Assembly: GCF_004010195.1 (NCBI RefSeq)
Contig: NC_057718.1
Span: forward strand, 18,868,588 to 18,932,587
From: Chiloscyllium plagiosum
Lineage: Eukaryota
DNA length: 64,000 nt
Reading direction: 5' to 3'
Shown in pieces: positions 1 through 11,624 of the stretch. Under the pieces are notes generated by a model that was not told where the DNA came from, made no database searches, and saw only the letters and a list, made by a program, of their open reading frames with translations. A program made the position numbers and the translations under genes. The first letter of the stretch is position 1; each line of letters starts with the position of its first letter.

Positions 1-283
1 CACCTTGTCTCAGTCAAATCCCTCAAACTCAGCACCACCCTCCTAATCTTCTTCCTGACCTCTCCGCCCCCACCCCAGTCTGACCTATCACCCTCACCTT
101 GACCTCCTTCCACCTATCGCATTTCCAATGCCCCTCCCCCAAGTCCCTCCTCCCTATCTTTTATCTTAGCCTGCTGGACACACTTTCCTCATTCCTGAAG
201 AAGGGCTCATGCCCGAAACGTCGATTCTCCTGCTCCTTGGATGCTGCCTGACCTGCTGCGCTTTTCCTGCAACACAGTTTCAG
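1..283 (+). mobile_element. Penelope-like element (family A, Neptune-like) 3' pseudo-LTR, cut by window start
   Basis: C-rich tract followed by attcCTGAAGAagggctcatgcccGAAAcgtc and the recurrent tail gatgctgcctgacctgctgcgcttttcc. The same terminus sits 3' of a GIY-YIG coding fragment at 22223-22855. Confidence 0.85.
191..226 (+). ncRNA. Minimal type I hammerhead ribozyme motif (PLE family A)
   Basis: AUUC-CUGAAGA-A-GGGC(UCAU)GCCC-GAAA-C-GUC^-GAUU; core nucleotides and stem II intact. Confidence 0.75.
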
Positions 284-739
284 CTATCTTTTTTGGGTAG
301 TGAGAGGAGCTGTGGGGGTCAAACTACCAATAATGACGCAGCACTCACAACCTCCTATAGAATTTGTGTAAAGCAGAATAAGTTTTCTATATCAAAGACA
401 TACAACATGCCTCCTTTCTGGAGTCCTCAATGTCCCATTGCATAAAGGACTGTGTTAAACCATCATTTGTGATTGATGTAAATGTTGACTGCTTACATTA
501 TTAAGGAATTTCTGATATTTCCCGCACAGGTTAAGTAGAACCCCATTGCAGGGGACATTGTCACAGTGTCTATAATGCAATGAAGGTGCATAGAAGAGGA
601 ACAAGTAGATGCATCTGCAATCCCAGGACATGCAGCAACCTCCATCAGCACCTGGAAAGCCTCCACACAAAGAAATCACAGATAAAGTACCCCTCACAAT
701 GCACAGGAGGTACAGGAAGCCCAGACCCTCAGATCCTAG

Positions 740-1290
740 CTGTCCTCCAGGTGAGTGAGGCAGAGTTTCACTGCAGACTGATGATGTTCCAGAACATTGT
801 CACAGAACCATGCCAGCTGCACATTGAAGAGGTAGATGGCCATTTTATCTCAATGTTCATCAAGGCGTCAGCTGCGCTAAACCTTTAAGTAACTGGCAGC
901 TTCCATTAGGGATCTGTGTGGGATCTCACAACCCTACATCCACAAATGTGTCAAAGCTGTTAACAATACAATTTGTGCTGGATCACATCATTCATTTCAT
1001 TTCCCCATGATGAGATCAGTACTGCAGGCAGAAGGTTTAGCCAACATGGCTGGCCTCCCCCAGGTGTAGGACACTATAGACAATGTACATGTTACACTGA
1101 GAGAACCACAATGTAGCAAGCTTCATCAACAGAAAAGGATTCAATTTAATCATTGTACAAGTCATTTGTGATCATTGGTACCACATCTTAGAAATCTATG
1201 CCAAGTACATGATGCCTGTACAAGTAATCAACATCATTATCTACAACCAACATACCATGTGTGCCCTAAGGATCAAAGCAACCGTGCCCC
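740..1290 (+). pseudogene. PIF/Harbinger (HARBI1-like) DDE transposase remnant
   Basis: Across stops and frameshifts it reads SAALNL*VTGSF / DLCGISQPYIHKCVKAV / MAGLPQV*DTIDNVHVTLREP / FINRKGFNLIIVQVICDH, matching Harbinger motifs TGSFQ, GISQ, GAIDCTH and NRKG.HS.NVQ..CD. Confidence 0.8.
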
Positions 1291-1449
1291 ACATAACCAA
1301 GTATGGTGTCCCATAAGAATCAGTCTTCACACTAATTCTCTTCAACATATATGCCAGCAACATCCCTTCAACAAAGTCATGACTATTTACAGTTACTGAT
1401 GATTTTCCATGCTGAAGAATCTCAAGCCATTGAGGACACATTTCCTGAA

Positions 1450-1950
1450 GATCTAAGAACATTAGGAGCAGAAGCAGGCAATTCAGCCCCCTGAGCCTGC
1501 TCCACTTTCCTGTCCCTTTTCCATACCCTTCAATCCATTACTAATTACACTCCTTGCATTCACTGCACTCTGATGTAATAAATTCCACAAATTCATGACC
1601 CCTTGAGAAAAGTAACTTCTCTGTTGTAAATCTGCCATCCTACATCTTAAAACTATGGCCTCTCATTCTACATTGCCCCACATGAGAAAACATCCTCTCC
1701 AGAACGAGTTTGTCAATCCCTTCAGCATCTTATATACCTCAAATGGATCTCTTCTCATTCTTGTGAGAGTATTGACCTGAACTGTTCAATCTCTCTTCAT
1801 AAGACAAACCCTTTATCTCTGGAATCAGTCTAGTGAACCTCCTCTGAACTGTCTCCAATGCAACTGCATCCCCTATCAAGGTGACCAAAATTGTACACTT
1901 TACTCCACATACTGTCTCATTAAATGCCTTGTACAATTGCAGCATCACTT
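1450..1950 (-). mobile_element. CR1/HER1-type LINE 3' fragment
   Basis: Minus ORF ...ALETVQRRFTRLIPEIKGLSYEERLN..., the typical CR1 ORF2 C-terminus, plus the 3' UTR. Confidence 0.85.
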
Positions 1951-1969
1951 CCCTATGTTTATACTTTTT

Positions 1970-2880
1970 TCAGCAGAGGCTATTAAAGTTTCCAGAACAA
2001 GTAATAGAACAAAGAGTATGGAAAGGCTCAGGAATCCTAACTTAGGCACAGCAGATAAGGAGACAATAGGAGAATGGGGGCAGTCAATGCAGGACTGAGG
2101 GTATTGTACACAGTGCATGAAAGGTAAATGAATTTGCAGCGCACAATAAAGTAGCAGGCATGACGTTATGGGTATCACAGAATCGTGGCTGCAGAGAATC
2201 AGGACTGGGAACTAAATATGCAAGGATACCATCGAAGGGACAGGTAGATGGGCTCAGGCATTTCCTTTTCAATAAGAAATGAAACTAAATTGGTAGCAAG
2301 ATGTGATATAGAGTAGGCAAGCATAGAATCTGTGTGAGAAGATTTGAGGAACTGCAAAGGAAAAAGGATTCTCATGGGAGTTACGAACAGACCTCTGTGC
2401 AATAGTCAGTATGTGGCAAAGAAAATAAATCAGGAGATGGAAAAGGCACTATTACAATAAGAAAGGCACGATTACAATAATCAGGGGGGTGTCAAAATGT
2501 AGGTGGACTTGGCAAATCAGGTTGGCAGTGGGTCCCGAGAAAAAGAAATCATGGACTATCTACAAATGGTTTTTTGAGCAGCATGTGGTAGAGTTCACGA
2601 GGGAATAGGGAATTCTGGATTTGGTGTTAAGTAATAGGGCAGACTTGGGAGTTTAAGGCAAAGGAGACTGTTAATTGGTAGTGACCATAAAATGATAGAA
2701 TTCACCCTGAAGTTTGAGAGGGAGAAACTAGAATCAGAAGAAATGGTACCACAATTGAGTAAAGATAACTACAAAGACATGATGGTTGGTCAAAGTTGAC
2801 TAGAAGGGGATCCGAGCAGGAAAGATGATGGAGCAGCAATGGCAGGAATTTTGGGGGAGAGTTGAGAGGCTTCCTGCTAC
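1970..2880 (+). mobile_element. Degenerate CR1 ORF2 endonuclease region
   Basis: Remnant APE motifs: GITESWL (2170-2190), ILDLVL (2611-2628) and SDH (2680-2688); many stops. Confidence 0.7.
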
Positions 2881-3054
2881 TCAGTGAATTGTGGATCCAA
2901 TTAGCCAAATTTTCTTGGATAGGCAATAAATGCTGACTTAACCAATGATGCTCACATGGTACAAATGAATTTTTGAAAAAAGGAAAATCTCATAATGTTC
3001 CATTTCCCAGTTGAACTGCAAATATCACCGACTGTAACCTGATAACTGACCTGA

Positions 3055-3230
3055 GGTGATGATTCAACGTTTTGGGCATAAACCCTTCATCAGGAAGCAT
3101 TCCTGATGAAGGGCTTATGCCTGAAACATCAATTCTCCTGTTCTTCAGATGCTGCCTGACCTGCTGTGCTTTTCCAGCACCACACTCTCAACTCTAATCT
3201 CCACTATCTGCAGTCCTCACCTTCTCCTGA
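3055..3230. mobile_element. Mini fold-back PLE (family A) with two back-to-back hammerhead motifs
   Basis: Minus-strand motif at 3062-3097 directly abuts plus-strand motif at 3099-3134, followed by the family A tail. Confidence 0.8.
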
Positions 3231-3639
3231 GTAGTGAAATCCCAAGTTTCAACCTTGCAGGTAAAATCTGGACAATCCACAACTTCTCGAGGAGGGACCA
3301 GAGAAGATTGGCCATTTGCTTCAGGAATGGAATATGAGGAACTGCTCAAATTGTGACTGTATCCATCTGCTTCAGTTCATCACCCATGTACTGAATTCCT
3401 GTCCAAAGACAGCCATTCATGGTGGCATCATAATCATTCACACTATATCAACAAAATCATTCGAATGGATTGTTCATCTTAATATTAAAGTGAGTATAAA
3501 CTTCCTCAGCCATATGAATTTTTATAACTAGGGCTGGTTAGATCTGTTGTTTCTCTATCTCTGAAGAAATCCTTATTTTAGGCATAAGCCATGAATGTGC
3601 AAGATAAACCTACCTACAGATACATGGCTATGAGTCATG

Positions 3640-4120
3640 AGGGTTAGGGTAGAGGTTATTGAATGGGATCAGTATCATGGAAGTTTCCTGTATATTTGAT
3701 ATTGGTCTGTAAGATATGATGGCCAAACGTCGCATTACTAGATTGAAAATCTTTCCCATTCATAAAACTGAAGGTATGATGGAGCTTTCAATATCATGCG
3801 TGTTGCCTGAACTGCACCTTGCTCATATGCTTTTATCTAGACCTGGAGAGCTCACTTTGATTGGGAAAAGTATGAATCGTGCAACCACTCTGAAAAGAGT
3901 ATCTGTGATCCTCTTGATGTACTGGTTAGCAGAGGTCTGACAAATTTGGTAAAGCCTCATGTGATCCAGCCCGGATGGAGCCAGTTACAAAGGAATTTGA
4001 GTGATGATCATATCTGGTACAGAAAATGATGTTCTCTTGATAGAAAATGCCCTTTAGTTCTTCCACCAGTGGTTAGCACATCTATTTTCCTGACCACATT
4101 ATCTCCTTGTTGTTTGGTCT
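3640..4120 (-). pseudogene. Second, highly degenerate PIF/Harbinger transposase remnant
   Basis: Minus strand reads NSFVTGSIRAGS / LYQICQTSANQYIKRITDTLFRVVARFILFP / FMNGKDFQSSNA / KYTGNFHD, collinear with Harbinger motifs. Confidence 0.65.
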
Positions 4121-4963
4121 CAAATTTTCTTTTATAACACCAGTGTAATGTATCTTCTGCCATTCTACTAAGGGCAAAAAACTGTATCGATGCAAACAGT
4201 TGCATCAGCCCAAGCTCAGTGAGCTACTGACAGTCAGAAAAGTCTGAGCAAATTATCTTGGTCTGTAAACCCCAGTGAATAGGCATGCAAATGCAGGGAA
4301 CAGATTCTTCTGTGAAAGAGCTTGCAATCTAGCTTCTTTCATGTTTCATTCTCCATCTATTCATAGATTAAGAATGTAGAGATTCCTGCTGAGAATCCCT
4401 CCCTCCACCCTCAAAAAGCAGTAATTCATGCTGAACCGAGCAAACAGTCTGACAAAACCTCCAAATACTGAAGAGATGAAGTGCAGTCAAAGGATAAATA
4501 TCCCACCATTAGTAATCTGGCAGCGACGGTTAGATTATGTTTGGCTTTGGAGCAAGGAGACATGAGTAGGACGAGTGAGTTATACATGTTGATCTTGCAC
4601 TTCTGAATAACCTTAAAAAAATTGCAACTTCTTTTGTAGGAGGAGTATAATTCTAGTACAGATTTTTAGTAACTACTTTGAGGAAATAGTACTGAAAGAA
4701 GTAATTCTATTTAATGTTCTTATGACCAAAATGCCACACGACGGAAATGTAGTGGGAACTTCATTCCTCAGGATGATAGGTTGCACGACTAAACAATGAA
4801 CAACCCATCAAAATTCATTCAATTTTGACAAAATGTCCATGGTTTTCTGTGCTTGGTCTAACTGCTGTGATTTGGCCCCATTCCCCTGTTTGGTTTACTG
4901 GACACAAATTTTGTGAATAAAGAAATGAAAAAATCTCCAGCCTCAACCTAGGCCTGAAGTGTC

Positions 4964-5085
4964 AACCTGATGGAGTGGCGTTCCGAAAGCTAGTGCTTTC
5001 AAATAAACCTGTTGGACTATGACCTGGTATTGTGAGATTTTTAACTTTGTCCACCCCAGTCCAACACCGGCATCTCAAAGTCATG
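4964..5085 (+). mobile_element. Short PLE terminus (family C) with degenerate hammerhead motif
   Basis: CTGATG-GAGTGGCGTTCC-GAAA-GCTA-GTG then aataaacctgttggacta, the same terminus as the PLE ending at about 55410. Confidence 0.7.
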
Positions 5086-6039
5086 TCATTTCTTCGGTCA
5101 GGTTCTGATAGACACTCTGTATACTGTCAGCATTTTCTCTTTTTGTTATTCATTCTTAGCACTTTCAGCTTGGTCTAGCCTGACAGTGTTCTCTAAAAAA
5201 AATGTTGATCTGCATAGTAATGCAGCTAGTTCAACGAAGTCCTTAGCAAACTGGATGCAAATTGACAGTAATTGACTGTTTTGCTGGCCTTTCATGGTTA
5301 CAAAATGCGATTACATAGAAACGACAGAGCCTCTGAGGATTTGCTGAATTACCTATTTAAATGATAACGCAGACAACGTAAACTGTGCTGAGCAGCAACT
5401 TTAACTGCTCAAACTGAGCCATTTACAGGCTATCAGTGCTGAATATTAACTCTGACTAATAGCTTAAGACAGAATGATGTGTGGCTGCCTTGATTGCTTA
5501 GACTTTGGCACAAATCCCATGAAATTTAAGTTAACCATAAAACGAACTTTAACTTATAGACTGTGAACACATCTCAGGCAAAAACAAATCTCATCATTCA
5601 ACATAGCAAAGTCATATATTATATAGAGATATAAAAAATTAAATGAGTTCCGTATTAAATTGTAAAAGTCTGGGCATCATATTTAGTTAAGTTTCTCAAA
5701 GCATTCAGGGAATCATAAAAAAAACATTTTAAGACATTGTGAGTAATTAAAGTAGAAATTCTAGTTCATCCTGTTTCATTCAGCATCAGGAACAGAGAAT
5801 CCAATACGAGGGCCAGATGTTGCATACATTTTGCATTAAAGTAAATTGTCCGACTAGAAAAAGGCAATGTTCTAGTAGCTTGGAATTCATTGCATCTCTG
5901 CAGTAAAAAAGTACCATAATATCTATTTATGAAGAATCCTTTCAAAGTTTCACCTCCTAACACCACAAACACATCATAAAATCAGACTCTCCCAATTAAT
6001 GATATGCTAGGTGGTGAAGTGCTGAGGAATATAAATTAA

Positions 6040-6570
6040 CAACTGTCTAGCCACAATTTGCTCTCAAAAGTGGATGTGTTGATACTATGTAGAAAATGAG
6101 GACTGCAGATGCTGGAGGTCAGAGTCAAGAATCTGATGTTGGAAAAGCACAGCAGGTCAGGTAGCATCCGAGGAGCAGGAACGAGCATCTGCAATCTTCA
6201 CTTTCTACTAGTTGATTTTAACCTTGCTATGAAGCCTTTGCCAAGAATGCCTATCTTGAAGAAGTTCTCCTCCTCTCAAAGATTCCTGATGAAGAGCTTA
6301 TGCCCGAAACATCGATTCTCCTGCTCCTCGGATGCTGCCTGACCTGCTGTGCTTTTCCAGCACCACACTCTCATATTGATACTGTGACACTCTTTGAAGA
6401 ACAGCAAGGGAGTTCCCTCTGGGAGCCTGGTCAATAGTTATTTCTTGAGCCATCCTTACTTAAAAGATGACCTATTTTACACTGCATTGTTGTTTGTGAG
6501 AGTTTATTGTGAACAAAATGGCTGCTGCATTTCTTATAGAAGTGATTACGCTTCAAAGGTTTTGGATGGT
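6040..6570 (+). mobile_element. Degenerate Deu-domain-like SINE interrupted by a mini-PLE
   Basis: tttgaagaacagcaagggagttcc...ttgttgtttgtgagagtttattgtgaacaaaatggctgctgcatttc resembles the DeuSINE core as I recall it (not database-checked). Confidence 0.5.
6090..6373. mobile_element. Mini fold-back PLE (family A), hammerhead motif at about 6282-6317
   Basis: Inverted arms (ggaaaagcacagcaggtcagg / cctgacctgctgtgcttttcc); imperfect TSD ttgatact(a/g)tg. Confidence 0.8.
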
Positions 6571-8057
6571 CTAGGCTTGAGAAACTCATGGTACCAATAC
6601 AGGACTTAATTTTCATTTCTTTTAAGTTCTTGTAACCATGTTGTGATAACTTGATCCCTGGGTATCCCTGCATCTTCTGTATAATTCACAAAGTGTCAAT
6701 CAGAGGGCACCATAAAGAAATTCAACCACTCTCAGAGCGCAGGCACCTTAGGTGAAACTGCATTACTTATCAAATAGATAAGGTAAGTCCATGAGGGACC
6801 ATAGACACCTCTCTTCATTACAGGGGCGCCATTCTGTATCAAGCATGGGGCAGAACAAGATGGCAGGTGCTAAATCCAACTCTGCTCAAGCAGGAATTGA
6901 ACTTGTGCAGCTGGTGTTGTTCTGAACGACACATTCGCCATTTGTTGATTCCCCCGTCATGGAACAATGCACCTTATCATGAATCACTACCTTCGGAAGA
7001 GAGAGAAAGAACCAAGTTGTTCCTCCTAACAGCAATATCTATGAACCTATACGATAGGGGCTGCAGTGGATCAAAAAGACAACTTGCCACCACTTCTCAA
7101 GGGTAATTAGGGACATGCAACAAATGCTAGCCTTGTCAATGACACCCATATTCAGTGAAGGCACAAATAAAACACTGAGAATTAAATAAAATAATTTTTT
7201 GATACTGGATCCTCAAATTATTCAGTTCAGTTTTCTTTGCACAGAGAAATGACTTGCATGTTGTACTCACTTGTGCTGAACTTGCACAGATGTTAACCAG
7301 GTTCTGAATAGTTTGACACATCATGATTAATTATGCTTTCATATCAAATGAGCAGCTTTTAAAGCTGTCACATCCAGTGTTTTATCTTTTCAGCACAACT
7401 TTTGTGAGGAGTGAAATAGCACCAGCTTTATCTATTGCTATGTGAAAACTGTGCACCTAAAAGAATCAGGACTAACTTTTGCACATAAAGAGCATTCTCT
7501 TATGAAAGGGAGTTGATTTACATTTCCAACAGCCCACTGCTGTTCCAAGGAAGTTCTTGCCTGACATATTGCTCATATGACATGTGTTTTGCTTTGTATA
7601 GGGACCAGAAATGCATGCATGTACAGAATGTTACAGCAAGAAACGATGCTGTTTCAGCCATTATTTCCATGCCTGCTCTGTGAAGAAACTATCCAATTAG
7701 TCACACATTCCACGTGTGGTTTTTCAAACATTGGATTATCCACCAAGCTTTATCAGTGGCATTTTGTTTACCAACAAGTACAGGAGTATCACTCAAGGTT
7801 GGAATTTCTTTAATGTATTGTGAAAGGGAAAATGAATACAAGTTTTCAAGCCAAATATCAAAACTATGAATAAATTAAAGCAGGTCATTGATCACTGCGT
7901 TCGCCTGCAGCGTATGTTTATGCACAGAGAAAAGCAAAATTCGCTTCCTTAAATCAAGTGAGTTTTGGGCAGTACCCAGTTTGAATCCTAGATGAGATAC
8001 TGTAAGAACAACATTACACCTGATGATTCAACTTGTTTCCTAACAACACTATGGATT

Positions 8058-8750
8058 TTTTATTCATGCATGGGAGTGGGTGTCTCCGGCTCACCAGCAT
8101 TTATTGCCTCCCTAGTTGCCCTTGAGAAGGTGGTGGTAAACTGACTTCTTGAACCGCTGCAGTCCATATGCTGTAGATAGATGCACGATGCCATTAGAGA
8201 GGGAATTCCAGGATTTTGACCTAGCAAAGGTGAAGGAACAGCGATATATTTCCACATCAGGATACTGAGTGTTCTTAGGAGGGAAACCTGCAGGTAGTAG
8301 TGTTCTCATTTACCTGCTGCCTTTGTCCTTCTAGATGGAAGTGGTCATGGGTTTGGAAGATGGTATTTAAAGATCTTTGGTGAATTTCTACAGTGCATCT
8401 TCTAGATAGTACACACTGCTGTTACTGAGCATCAGTGGTGAACTGAGTGGATGGTGTCAATCGTCTTGGATGCTGTTGGAGCTACACCCAACCTTGCAAG
8501 TGGGGACTATTCCATCACACTCCTGACTTGTGACTTGTACTTGGTGGACAGACTTTGAGGAGTCTGGAGATGAGTTACGCATTGCAGTAATCCTAACCTC
8601 TGACCTGCTCTTGTAGCCAGTGTTTATGTGATGAGTTCAGTTGCATTTCTGGTCAATAGTAACCCTCAAGGTATTGATAATGGGGGATTCAGTGATGTCA
8701 GACCATTGAATGTCAAGGGGTAATGGGTAGATTGTCTCTTATTGGAGATG
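8058..8750 (-). mobile_element. 3' portion of the LINE family represented at 19078-23255
   Basis: Reverse complement of the tail cttctcaagggcaactaggga...caataaatgctgg...atgaataaa; minus ORF RSKSWNSLSNGIV...GLQRFKKSVYHHLLKGN. Confidence 0.75.
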
Positions 8751-8811
8751 GAAGTTGAAACTTTATTGCTGGAACAGCACAGCAGGTCAGGCAGCATCCA
8801 GGGAACAGGAG

Positions 8812-8847
8812 ATTCGACGTTTCGGGCACAGGCCCTTCTTCAGGAAT
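8812..8847 (-). ncRNA. Minimal hammerhead ribozyme motif (family A), intact
   Basis: Reverse complement of 9115-9150. Confidence 0.75.
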
Positions 8848-9114
8848 GAGCAGAGAGTGTTCAGCAGGAGAAGATAAAAGGTAGGGAGGAGGGACTTAGA
8901 GGAGGGGAGTTGGAAATGTGATAGGTGGAAAGAGGTCAAGGTGAGGGTGATAGGTCGGAGTAGGATGGAGGCGGAGAGGTCAACAAGAAGACTGCAGGTC
9001 AGGAAGGCGACGTGGTCGACGGTGCCCTCCACCGCATCTCCTCCACTTCCAACTCCCCTCCTCCAAGTCCCTCCTCCCTACCTTTTATCTTCTCCTGCTG
9101 AACACTCTCTGCTC

Positions 9115-9150
9115 ATTCCTGAAGAAGGGCCTGTGCCCGAAACGTCGAAT
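9115..9150 (+). ncRNA. Minimal hammerhead ribozyme motif (family A), intact
   Basis: AUUC-CUGAAGA-A-GGGC(CUGU)GCCC-GAAA-C-GUC^-GAAU; helix I AUUC/GAAU fully paired. Confidence 0.8.
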
Positions 9151-9789
9151 CTCCTGTTCCCTGGATGCTGCCTGACCTGCTGTGCTGTTCCAGCAATAAA
9201 GTTGTTGCACCTCCTGCGGTTGCAAGGGAAGGTGCCGGGAGTGGAGGTTGGGTCGGTGGGGGGTGTGGATCTGACAAGGGAGTCGCGGAGGGAGTGGTCT
9301 CTACGGAAAGCTGATAGGGGAGGGGAGGGAAATATATCAGAGTGCTGATATAAATACTCAGAGTGCTGAGTTCTGACAGCAGATTAAACTTAATACAAAT
9401 TCATCAGAACTGTCTTTGATTTTTACAGTGATATTAAAATTTTTCTGGCTATCTGAGTTGTCACACGGGACAGCAAATACAGACAGCAACACTTTTTTGC
9501 TTTAGATAACAAATCCTTTGTTGGAGTGTTTCGACTGTGTGGTTATAAGTTAGTGTGCCTTGTGTAACTGCACAGGTTTCATCATATGATTTACTCACTG
9601 ATATCCCACACAATCCCACCCTTACTGACTCTTACAAACATTTCAGTAAATCAGCCAACCATCGTTATGCAGATTGCTCCAGAAAATATAGGATCCAATT
9701 ATTCCAGTGATGTATTTTGTGCAAATATCTTTTAAGTGAAAGACTGAGGTGCTTTAGGTGTAGACATACTCCAAGGCGCAGTCTTTATC

Positions 9790-10940
9790 GAGTCATAGAG
9801 GCATAGAGGTCTACAGCTTGGAAACAGGCCCTTTGGCCCAACTTGACCATGCCCTGTTTTCACAACTTAAATTAGTTCCATTTGCTTGCATTTGTTCCAT
9901 ACCCCTCATATCTATTCTATCCATATACCTATCAAAATGTTTCTTAGATGATTAAATTGTACTCGCTTCCACCACTATCTCTGATAGCCTGTTCCAAAAA
10001 CTCACCACTTTCTGTGTGAAAAGGTTGCCCCTGGACCCTTTTGATTCTTTCCCCTCCACTTTAAATCTTTCCCCTCCACTTTAAACCTATGTCCTCTAGT
10101 TTTAGACTCCCCTACCATGAGGACAGTTGTCAGCTATCTACCTTATTTATGCCTCCCATGATTTTATAAAGTCAACCCTCAGTCTCCTATGCTCCAGGGG
10201 AAAAGGTGCCATCCTATCTAACCTGTCCTTATAACTCAAACCTTCCAGTCCAGGTAGCATCCTCGTAAACCTTTTCTGCACTCTTTCTAATTTAATAATA
10301 TCCTTTCGATAGTAGGGTGAACAGAACTGCATGCAGTACTCCAAATGTGGCCTCACCAACATCTTATACAGCTGCAACTCCTGTACTCAACACTCTGACC
10401 AATGAAAGCAAGCATGCTGAAAGCTTTATTCACAGACCTATCAACCCGTAACTCAATTTCCAAGGAGCAATGAATATGAACCCCGAGATTTCTTTGTTCT
10501 ATAACATTTCCCAGAGCCCTACCATTGACAGTGTAAGTGCTGCCCTGGTCTGCCTTACCAAAATGCAACTCCTTGCATTTATGTAAATTAAAACCTGTCT
10601 GCCATTCCTCAGCCCAATGACCCAGTTGACCAAGATCTCACTGCATTCTCAGATAACCTTCTTCACTGTCCACTATGCCACCAATCTTGTTGTCATCCAC
10701 AAACTTACAAACCATACCTCCTAAATTCTCATCCAAATCATTTGTATAAATGATGAGTAACAGTGGACCCAGCACAGATCCCCATGGCACATGGTTACAG
10801 GCCTCCAGTCTGAAAAACAACCCTCTACCTCCACCCTGTCTTCTACCATCAAGCCAATTTTGCGTCTAAATGGCTAGCTTTCCCTGGATCCCATGAGATT
10901 TAACTTACCCAACAACCTGCCATGCAATATCTTGTCAGCG
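9790..10940 (-). mobile_element. CR1/HER1 LINE, RT C-terminal half and 3' end
   Basis: Minus ORFs VPWGSVLGPLL..KFVDDNKIGG and LYKMLVRPHLEYCMQFCSPYYRKDIIKLERVQKRFTRM. Confidence 0.9.
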
Positions 10941-11507
10941 TACAGCACCTCTTTACAGTGCATGTGATGGAGCTACACAATTTGTGTGATAGTCAACCAT
11001 TTCAACCATATCAGTTTGTTTCTTTCATTCAATTCTGGTCAATCCTTCTTCTAAATGTGCACATTGCACTTCCTTGGAGGATTAAGACTGGGATTTTATC
11101 ATTTTTGAGATGAAGTACTGCATCACACATAAAATTTCCAATTGCATCAAATCATCTGAATAAAGATATTTGAGATCATTGACAGATTTCATTATGGCAC
11201 ATATGATTTATTCTGCCATAAATGATGTGATCTGAATCTCATGAAATGTGATTGCACCAAGGCTTCTATATAGTGGGAGTCTTGCCACTACTAGACTGTT
11301 AGAATCTAGCAGGGAGACAATATCAGGAAACCAAGATGAGCTTGCCTATTGTAACTGCAATACTATTCTACCAATGCATGGAATGGTTGATCTGTTATAC
11401 ATTGTAAAAGTCTCTCATACAAAGACTGCATCTTTCTGAGACACATATCTGTCATGATGTGTAATGGCAATATGTTGGCACTAAATTCAAGCTTATTCTG
11501 TCATTCA

Positions 11508-11622
11508 GTGGGCACTGTCGGAGGGTCAGTGCTGAGGGAGTGGGCACTATCAGAGGGTCAGTGCTGAGGGAGTGGGCACTGTCGGAGGGTCAGTGCTGAG
11601 AGAGTGGGCACTGACAGAGGGT
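11508..11622. repeat. 32-bp minisatellite, about 3.5 copies
   Basis: Unit gtgggcactgtcggagggtcagtgctgaggga starts at 11508, 11540, 11572 and 11604. Confidence 0.9.
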
Positions 11623-11624
11623 AA

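Larger units (their letters stand above)
8752..9340. mobile_element. Young rearranged Neptune-like PLE with near-perfect inverted pLTR arms
   Basis: About 155 bp inverted repeat (about 8759-8915 vs 9046-9203). The minus-strand piece 9204-9340 encodes FPSPPLSAFRRDHSLRDSLVRSTPPT..PGTFPCNRRRC (RT-EN linker with Cys motif). Confidence 0.85.

Noticed and set aside
209..445. Recurrent small ORFs of the type MPETSILLLLGCCLTCCAFPA, resembling a secreted Cys-rich peptide family
   Set aside because: They are translations of the PLE terminal repeat downstream of the hammerhead; start and stop positions are inconsistent between copies
3841..4029. Plus-strand candidate exon TWRAHFDWEKYESC...
   Set aside because: Better explained as the antisense of the minus-strand Harbinger transposase remnant
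10046..10085. 20-bp tandem duplication tctttcccctccactttaaa (similar small duplications at about 9338-9370 and 16301-16335)
   Set aside because: Ordinary slippage duplications in or next to dead repeats
11508..11622. CRISPR-like periodic repeat
   Set aside because: Head-to-tail units with no unique spacers, in a vertebrate context with no cas genes
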